NCBI GenBank assembly: GCA_016206925.1
Contig: JACQQS010000037.1
Location: 838-64,837, forward strand
Origin: Candidatus Omnitrophota bacterium
GTDB lineage: Bacteria > Omnitrophota > Omnitrophia > Omnitrophales > JACQQS01
Direction of reading: 5' to 3'
DNA: 64,000 nt
Within the stretch, counting starts at the first letter, position 1, and every line of letters begins with the position of its first letter. The translations under genes were made by a program, and so were the position numbers. The notes under the pieces were generated by a model. The model was not told where the DNA came from and searched no databases. It saw only the letters and a list, made by a program, of their open reading frames with translations. Shown piece after piece: positions 38,600 to 45,500 of this stretch.

Positions 38600-40387
38600 A
38601 TGGTGCACCGAAACATACCAAAACTTTTCTTCCAGCAAGCTAAAAGATTAGGCCCGCGCGTTTTCTTGCGTGCCAAGTGCGGCGGAGCATATCGTGATCT
38701 GTCGTGGGATTGGGTTAAGGAGCAGGTTGTCGCGACAGCGGCAGCTTTGCATGAGCTTGGCATCAAGCGCAGCGATAAAGTTGCCGTACTTTCGGAAAAT
38801 CGGCCGGAATGGTTGATCGCGGATATTGCCATCCTCTCGCTCGGCGCGGTTACCGTCCCGATTTACGCGACCAGTACTTCAGCTGAAATTCAGTACATAT
38901 TAAAACACTCCAAGGCGCGCGCGCTTTTTGTATCGACTCTGGAGCAGGCCGACAAGCTGCATGAAACCGGAAAGCAGCTGCCCGATTTGCTTTCAATCGT
39001 TTTGTTTGACGGTCAGGAAAGAAGGCCGGGTGTGACGCTCTTTGAAAACTTCGTCCGAAATTCCGAAGCGGAAGCCGGAAAAGGGAAGATCGAAAAATAT
39101 CTCGATATCATTGAACCGTACGATCTCGCCAGTATCATCTACACATCCGGAACAACGGGCCCGCCGAAAGGCGTGATGCTGACACACGCGAATTTTCTTT
39201 CAAATTGCGAGGCCTGCCAGACCTTCATTCCGGCCGGCGAAGATGACGTCACGCTTTCGTTCCTGCCGCTCAGTCACGTATTTGAACGGATGGCCGGTTA
39301 TTACTATGCGTTATTAAACGGCTCGACCATTTGCTATGCGGAGAAGATGGATACCGTTCCGCAAAATCTCATCGAAACCCGGCCCACCATTTGCGCGAGC
39401 GTTCCGCGGTTTTTTGAAAAGATACACGCCAAGATCATAGAGCAAGTTTCGAGCGCGCCGCCGCTCCGCCGAAAACTTTTCTTCTGGGCGAAAGGCGTCG
39501 GGGAGCGTGTTTTGAAAATGAACATATTGCATCAGTCCGTACCGCTTTCGCTTCGTATCCAACACATGATCTCGAACCAGCTGGTATGCAAGAAAATCCG
39601 TAAGAAACTGGGCGGGCGGATGCGTTTCTTCATCTCCGGGGGCGCGCCGCTTTCAAAAGAGCTGGCCGAATTTTTTTATGCGTTTGGCGTGCTGATCCTC
39701 GAAGGGTATGGGCTGACGGAAACTTCGCCCGTTATCACCGTGAACAGCCCAACCGCGTTCAGATTTGGCTCGGTGGGCCGCGTCATTCCGGGTGTCCAGG
39801 TAAAAATTGCCGCGGACGGAGAAATTCTTGCGCGCGGGCCGAATATCATGAAAGGTTATTTTGAAAATGAGGCGGCAACTCGGGAAGTCATGTCCGGGGA
39901 TTGGTTTGCAACCGGCGACATCGGGCGGCTGGATGAGGACGGCTTTCTTTTTATTACCGACCGGAAAAAGGATATTATCGTGACTGCTGGCGGGAAGAAT
40001 GTGTCTCCGCAGAATATCGAGCGCACACTGGGATCGGACCGTTACATCAGTCAGGTTTGCGTATTTGGCGACCGCATGCCGTTTCTCACCGCCGTGATTG
40101 TTCCCCATTGGGAGGCAATGCGTTCCTGGGCGGAGGAAAACGGCTTAAAAGGAAGCACGAAAGAAGAGCTATCCAAAAACGAATCCGTGCTCGCGTTCTT
40201 TCGAAAAAAGCTTGACGAACTCATGGTGGATTTTCCGCCGTATTCCACCATTAAACATTTTCGCCTGATTGCTGAGGAATTTTCCCAGCCCACCGGTGAA
40301 CTTACACCCACACTCAAGCTCAAACGGAAAGTCATCGCGCAGAAATTTGCCCCGCAGATTGAAGAAATGTACGCTTCCGCACGGTAA
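38600..40387 (+). CDS. fadD: Long-chain fatty acid--CoA ligase (AMP-forming)
   Basis: AMP-binding motif IIYTSGTTGPPKGVMLTH, EGYGLTETSP, TGDIGRLDEDGFLFITDRKKDII, TLKLKR. Confidence 0.9.
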   Translation: MVHRNIPKLFFQQAKRLGPRVFLRAKCGGAYRDLSWDWVKEQVVATAAALHELGIKRSDKVAVLSENRPEWLIADIAILSLGAVTVPIYATSTSAEIQYILKHSKARALFVSTLEQADKLHETGKQLPDLLSIVLFDGQERRPGVTLFENFVRNSEAEAGKGKIEKYLDIIEPYDLASIIYTSGTTGPPKGVMLTHANFLSNCEACQTFIPAGEDDVTLSFLPLSHVFERMAGYYYALLNGSTICYAEKMDTVPQNLIETRPTICASVPRFFEKIHAKIIEQVSSAPPLRRKLFFWAKGVGERVLKMNILHQSVPLSLRIQHMISNQLVCKKIRKKLGGRMRFFISGGAPLSKELAEFFYAFGVLILEGYGLTETSPVITVNSPTAFRFGSVGRVIPGVQVKIAADGEILARGPNIMKGYFENEAATREVMSGDWFATGDIGRLDEDGFLFITDRKKDIIVTAGGKNVSPQNIERTLGSDRYISQVCVFGDRMPFLTAVIVPHWEAMRSWAEENGLKGSTKEELSKNESVLAFFRKKLDELMVDFPPYSTIKHFRLIAEEFSQPTGELTPTLKLKRKVIAQKFAPQIEEMYASAR

Positions 40388-40395
40388 GGAGACGC

Positions 40396-41937
40396 GTGTT
40401 TAAGTTCAGCGAATCGCGAATTCTGGCCCCGGACGGTTGTAAGCTCGCGGTTTATACCTGGAAGCAAGCCGCCGATTCGGAGGGGCCCTTATGTATTATT
40501 GTGCATGGAATGGCGGAATACGGTTTGCGGCAGGGACGCTTGGTCCGCGATTTGGAAAACACCGGCTGGTCCTTTGCAGCTTTCGATATGCGCGGGCATG
40601 GGTATTCCGAAGGAAAACCAATGCGTATGCAAAGTATCGCCGAGCCGGTCCGTGATTTGCATTGTGTTCTTAACTTTGTGCGGGGCAAGGAACTCAGGAG
40701 GCGGCCGGTTGTTTTGCTGGGGCATAGCTTCGGAGGGCTCGTTTCTTTGCTCTTTGCCCATTGGTTCCCCCAGGATATCTCCGGATTGATTTTGTCCTCG
40801 CCGGTTTTAGGTATTTATCCGCTTTTTCCATTTACCGATCGGTTGATCGAATTGCTTTATCAGATCTTCCCGGACATCGTTGTTCCGAAGCCCGTGCGCC
40901 CAAACAAGCTGACGAGCGATCCGGAGGTGCAGAAGCAGTACATTTCGGATCCGAAGATTTACAAGTTTACGGGAATCGATTTTCTCTATCACATGCTCCT
41001 CGGAATGCGGTATGTCGAAAGAAATATTCGCCTGTTGCCGATGCCGATGCTCATGATATTGGGCGGCAGGGACGAGGTTGTGGACAACCGGAAGAACATT
41101 GATTTTTTCAACCGGCTTGGCAACTCTGCAAAAGAGATCCAAATCTGTGATGGGTTCATGCACGAAACGTTTAATGAGATGGGAAGGGAGCGGTCCATTC
41201 AGCACGTCCGGCAATTCTTAGGCCGAATAAGGAAATCGTTTGCCGCACTCGCATTCATATTTTACGCGAGCGTCCTTTTAAGCTTGAGCGGGTGTGTCTA
41301 TTATCTCCCAATTGCTTCGCCGGTCCGTTCGCCGGATTTTTATGATTACCGGATTTCAAAAAATGGGATTACGGTTGCGTGCGAGCCCTATACCAGCGAA
41401 GCGCAATCAAGGTTGACGTTTGGCGTGGATGTTACGCGCGCAGGCGTTCTTCCACTTGAAGTGATTATGTTCAATCAAGCAAAAGCTGATTTTGATGTAT
41501 CGAAAATCAGCACCCGGCTCACCGATACGCACGGCCGCGGCGTGCCGCTGCTTTCACCGGAGACGGCCAATGCCCGCGTAAAAAAACTTACGGGAAAAAC
41601 GCTCGGCGCATGGGGAACTACCGGCTTGTTAATGGTTTTCTTTACTTCGCCTGCTATTTTCAGGGGCGATGAAGGTTCGCCGATGCACTTGGAACCGGTT
41701 GAAGCCGTCAAGAAATCAAAGACGGCTGTGCTTGAAGCAGGCGGAAAGCCCATTTCCCTGCTTCAAGGTGAGAATGTGCGCTGGTTCAGCTATTTTGATT
41801 TGTCTGCGGACGGAAAAAACTCCGGCGTGGAATTGCTGAAGCAGGATTTATTTCTGGAGGTTTCAGGACTCATCAATAAGAAAACGGGGCAAGAACATAA
41901 ATTTACCGTTTTCATCCCGCTCTCCGAAAAATTCTAG
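40396..41937 (+). CDS. Alpha/beta hydrolase (lysophospholipase-like) fused to a C-terminal membrane/lipoprotein-like domain
   Basis: IIVHGMAEYG, RGHGYSEG, nucleophile elbow LLGHSFGG, C-terminal H in GFMHETF. Then hydrophobic FAALAFIFYASVLLSLSGC and a 230-aa unassigned beta-rich domain. Confidence 0.75.
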   Translation: MFKFSESRILAPDGCKLAVYTWKQAADSEGPLCIIVHGMAEYGLRQGRLVRDLENTGWSFAAFDMRGHGYSEGKPMRMQSIAEPVRDLHCVLNFVRGKELRRRPVVLLGHSFGGLVSLLFAHWFPQDISGLILSSPVLGIYPLFPFTDRLIELLYQIFPDIVVPKPVRPNKLTSDPEVQKQYISDPKIYKFTGIDFLYHMLLGMRYVERNIRLLPMPMLMILGGRDEVVDNRKNIDFFNRLGNSAKEIQICDGFMHETFNEMGRERSIQHVRQFLGRIRKSFAALAFIFYASVLLSLSGCVYYLPIASPVRSPDFYDYRISKNGITVACEPYTSEAQSRLTFGVDVTRAGVLPLEVIMFNQAKADFDVSKISTRLTDTHGRGVPLLSPETANARVKKLTGKTLGAWGTTGLLMVFFTSPAIFRGDEGSPMHLEPVEAVKKSKTAVLEAGGKPISLLQGENVRWFSYFDLSADGKNSGVELLKQDLFLEVSGLINKKTGQEHKFTVFIPLSEKF

Positions 41938-41943
41938 GATATC

Positions 41944-42261
41944 TTATTTTGGATCTGTAGCGCCTGCCGGTGCGGTTGGCGTACCGGGCGTGCTAAACGG
42001 GCACATTCCCTTAAAACCAAATTTTTTAGACATGCCCGGCCCAAATTTAGAACCGTGAAGCGGGCAGATCCCGCATTGACTCATATACACGCATTGCGCC
42101 ATGCAGATGGTCATGCATACCGCGCCGAGGAGCGCGGCAACCATAATGATCACGCCGACCATTCGCCCGAGCTGTTTCAGCTGTTTCTTGTTGTTCGAGC
42201 TGGCTTCTGCAAAAATCTTGTAGCCGAATCCGAGTGCGATGAGAAGTACTGCTATTTCCAT
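41944..42261 (-). CDS. Small Cys-rich membrane protein
   Basis: One of only two convincing minus-strand genes. Two hydrophobic helices plus CMTICMAQCVYMSQCGICP and a C-terminal basic/Pro tail. Confidence 0.5.
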   Translation of the reverse strand: MEIAVLLIALGFGYKIFAEASSNNKKQLKQLGRMVGVIIMVAALLGAVCMTICMAQCVYMSQCGICPLHGSKFGPGMSKKFGFKGMCPFSTPGTPTAPAGATDPK

Positions 42262-42350
42262 AGCGAATCTCCATTCTGTTTTAACTGATTATATCGACTC
42301 TTTCTCTTTTGGTCTCGAGAAGCGTGGATAATCTCTTTACAATTGGATTC

Positions 42351-42380
42351 CAGGCGGAGGGTTTGAAAACCGCCTGTTTT
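42351..42380 (+). terminator. Terminator-like hairpin CAGGCGG-(12)-CCGCCTG-TTTT
   Basis: 7-bp GC-rich stem 42351..42357 / 42370..42376 followed by TTTT. No plus-strand gene ends directly upstream, so the function is uncertain. Confidence 0.3.
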
Positions 42381-42462
42381 CGTCGTGTTGAAGAGCATAA
42401 GTTATTTGAAATTAAAGGTTTGCAGTTATTTAAGTTCTATGATTCATCAAATCGCCTGATCA

Positions 42463-42471
42463 TGCTATACT
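42463..42471 (+). promoter_or_regulatory. Extended -10-like element TGCTATACT (TATAAT also at 42475..42480)
   Basis: TGn-TATACT at 42463..42471 and a consensus TATAAT 4 nt later, about 110 nt upstream of the giant ORF start. No good -35. Confidence 0.3.
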
Positions 42472-42519
42472 TCTTATAATATTTATCCCTATTGACAGAT
42501 GTAGTGGGTGTAAGCAAAA

Positions 42520-42554
42520 CCCGCTGAATTTTTATGGTGACAGCGGGATTTTTC
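42520..42554 (+). promoter_or_regulatory. Leader hairpin CCCGCTG-(14)-CAGCGGG-ATTTTTC (attenuator/terminator-like)
   Basis: 7-bp stem 42520..42526 / 42541..42547 followed by a T-run, 33 nt before ATG 42587. Confidence 0.3.
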
Positions 42555-42586
42555 TATTTTCTATCGCTGAGAGATTTAAAAAGCTT

Positions 42587-45500
42587 ATGACGGCCAAAAA
42601 ATACCGGACACTAAAGCGATTACTCGCCGCCGTTCTCTGCGTGACGATGACCGCAACCAGCGTGCCCGCTGGTTCAGCGGGCGTCGTAAACGACGCCCCT
42701 ACAACCATGTTACCTTACCATGACATCACCATAGCCATCCCAGCCGAAATTGGCACTATCAGCGAACGCCGTGACCGAAAAAGAAGCAAAACAATCATCT
42801 ACATTCAAGACGCGCACGATTCCCTGGAAGCGCAGGAAAATATTGCCAAGCTTATCAACCACCTCGTTGAAAATTACGGAGTCAAAACTGTTTTTGAAGA
42901 AGGCTACGAAGGGAAAGTTCCCACGGATGATTATTTCAGTTCGATCAAGGATCCGAAGGCTCGTGAGAAGGTTTCCTACTTTTTGTTAGATAAACTCAGA
43001 ATCGGAGGCGCCGAGTACGCGCACATTAACCGCAAAAAAGATTTCAAACTTATCGGTGCCGACAACATAAAACTTCATTTGGAAAACGTCGATTGGTACC
43101 GCAAAGCCGCCGAAGACAAAACAACTACCGAAAAGGATCTCGCCGCGCTTCACTTTCACATTGAAAATCTAGCCTATCGCTATTTTCCGGAAGAGCTGAA
43201 AGAGTGGATGAAGTTCAAAGAAAAATTCGATCGTGGCGAGCTCGATCTGGTTGGTTATCTTGACCGGGCAAGAACAGTATTTGTTCAAAAAATAGGCGCC
43301 GAGACATTCCAGCAAGAATATCCCCACATTGAACTCCTTCGGTTTGCCGGGAACACCGATGATCCGGAAATTTACGAACAGGTGAAGACCGTAAAGCCCG
43401 TCGCGTTATTTCAAGAAATCGACCGGATGGAAAATGAATTTGCAATGACCGTCATTGCGAGGAGCGCCGAAGGCGCGACGAAGCAATCTCCCACCAGCTC
43501 TGAGATTGCTTCGCCCCCTGCGGGGGCTCGCAATGACGTTTTATTAAAAATATTTGATTATTACAAAGGCGTTGCGCTGATCAAGCGGCTTTCGAATATC
43601 GAGATCAACTCGGATGAATTCGAAGCGGTCAAAGATACGCTTGTGCGGCTCAAGACCGAGCCTCTTGCGCATTTTATTTCCGATCGAACCAAAAAATCCG
43701 TGGTGCTTTCCAAGCGTTGGGAAGTGCATATTCAAAACGCAATCGAATATTACGAAACTTCCCGCAAGCGCGACGACGTCATTAAAAAGGAATTCACCGA
43801 TTTTCTCACAAACTCTAGCGAAGATACGGCCGTTCTTGTGTTCGGCGGATTCCATAAAGACCGCATTAGAGAAATTTTCCGCCAAACCGGGGTTTCGTAT
43901 GTGATCGTCACTCCTAAAATCACCGAATTAAATCCAAAGCACCGAGATTACTACAAGCAGCTCATGTCCGTCGGCCGCCACTCGTTTGAAGTTCCGTTCA
44001 GCGTAAGCACCGGTGCGCGTCCGCCGAATAGTTTTGAAATAAACGGCCGCGATTTTGTTCTGGTGCTGAATAAAGCTATCTCACGCACACCCAATACAGA
44101 TTTACGAAATCCCATTTCCATGAGACAGCTCGAAGAATCGCTTGCGCGCGGCTTCGGCGCGGCGGGAGAGTTGTCATTGCGAGGAGCGGAAACCTTTGAG
44201 GCGACGCAATCTCGGGTCCGCCCGGAGATTGCTTCGCCTCTGTCGGGGCTCGCAATGACGCGCGCTTTTTCCGGCTTTGGCGCGGGGGGAGAAGAGATAT
44301 CTTCGACCGGAAGCACTTCGAATATACTACGGACCGCATCGGAGATAGTGGATGAATTAAAAAAACAACCGGAATGGGACGAAAGCGCCGGTGCTTTGAA
44401 TGCGTTGGGGAAAACGCTTTGGGCATTGAGGGGCCGATTTGATGAGGCAGCGCGTAAGAAAATTGAATCTGTACTTGAGAAATTACGCAGCAGGACAACT
44501 CCGCCGGATTCCAAATGGCGGATCGACCCCAGCGGCCGTCCCCACCCGGCTGTGGCGGTTGAAGCAGGTACCTACAAGGATAGAGAAGTGCTCACGCGCG
44601 CTATATTTTTCAAGCCGCTGGCAAAGCTAATCAAACACGTAGGTATTGATAACGTTAAAACGGAGCTCGTTAAATCACATTCCCGCGAGGTTGCCGTTAT
44701 TCTCAACGAAGTGATTCGGGTACTCCGAAAGCAGGTTTTGTCTGACAGCCGCGCGCCGCCGGTCGAGAAGCCGGCTCGTGTGTCAAGGCCGCAGGTTGTG
44801 AAAACTCTTCTGATTGCCGGCGCTTTTTTTTCCATTGCCGTTCTCTTCGTGACCGCATTCGTTTCTCTGCTCAACCGAATCGAACCCGCCCAATACCGGC
44901 CGTTAGCGTCCGTCCAAGCAACTGCTTTGCCTGAATTTCCGTCTGCCGAAGCATATCAAAAGATCGCCTTCTTTACTCCCGGTGAGTTTCGATCAGCCAA
45001 ACCCTGGCTCAAGCCTGTTCTCGGCCATAGCGCTGTTACCGATCCCGCTTTTTACGCGCGCGCTCAGAATATGAAAGTTTTTGCACTGGAAGGTCCGCTC
45101 GTTCCCGGTGAAATTTTCTACACCAGCATTTTAACATGGATGGATGAAAATGGAGCCCTTCATCCTGCGCAAGATATGGAGGAGATTTCTCAAGGGAACG
45201 CAACCGGAGAAACCGTTACCGTTCGCGCCGCATTGGAAAATGTCCGCCAGGGCGATCAACTCGAACTTCTGCGCGTCGTGAATGGAACGGTTACGGATAT
45301 TCAGTATGACAAGACACTCCTTCGTTTCGATGAACAAACCGGGCGGCTTGTGGGCATCCGGGACGAGCGGCCGGATGAAACATCCTCTATTGCCTGGACC
45401 ATTAAGCGGTATTCGAGAAACAATATGTATCGGTTTTCTGAGAGGAGTGTACCTGAGCGGGAGCTTGAAACACTTCCCGACGTATTTAAGCGCATTCTTG

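Noticed and set aside
42680-44150. Assigning the N-terminal module of the giant protein to the Tiki/TraB/ChaN-type hydrolase fold
   Set aside because: The two His-bearing motifs (IIYIQDAHDS and VLVFGGFHKD) are reminiscent of that superfamily's GxxH motifs. The resemblance is too thin to call without a profile search, so it is left unassigned.
43951-44514. 187-aa and other minus-strand ORFs inside the giant gene (for example 46547..47086, 49650..49976)
   Set aside because: These are antisense shadows with Ser/Arg/Pro-rich low-complexity translations. The 49650..49976 ORF merely mirrors the TPR repeat periodicity.
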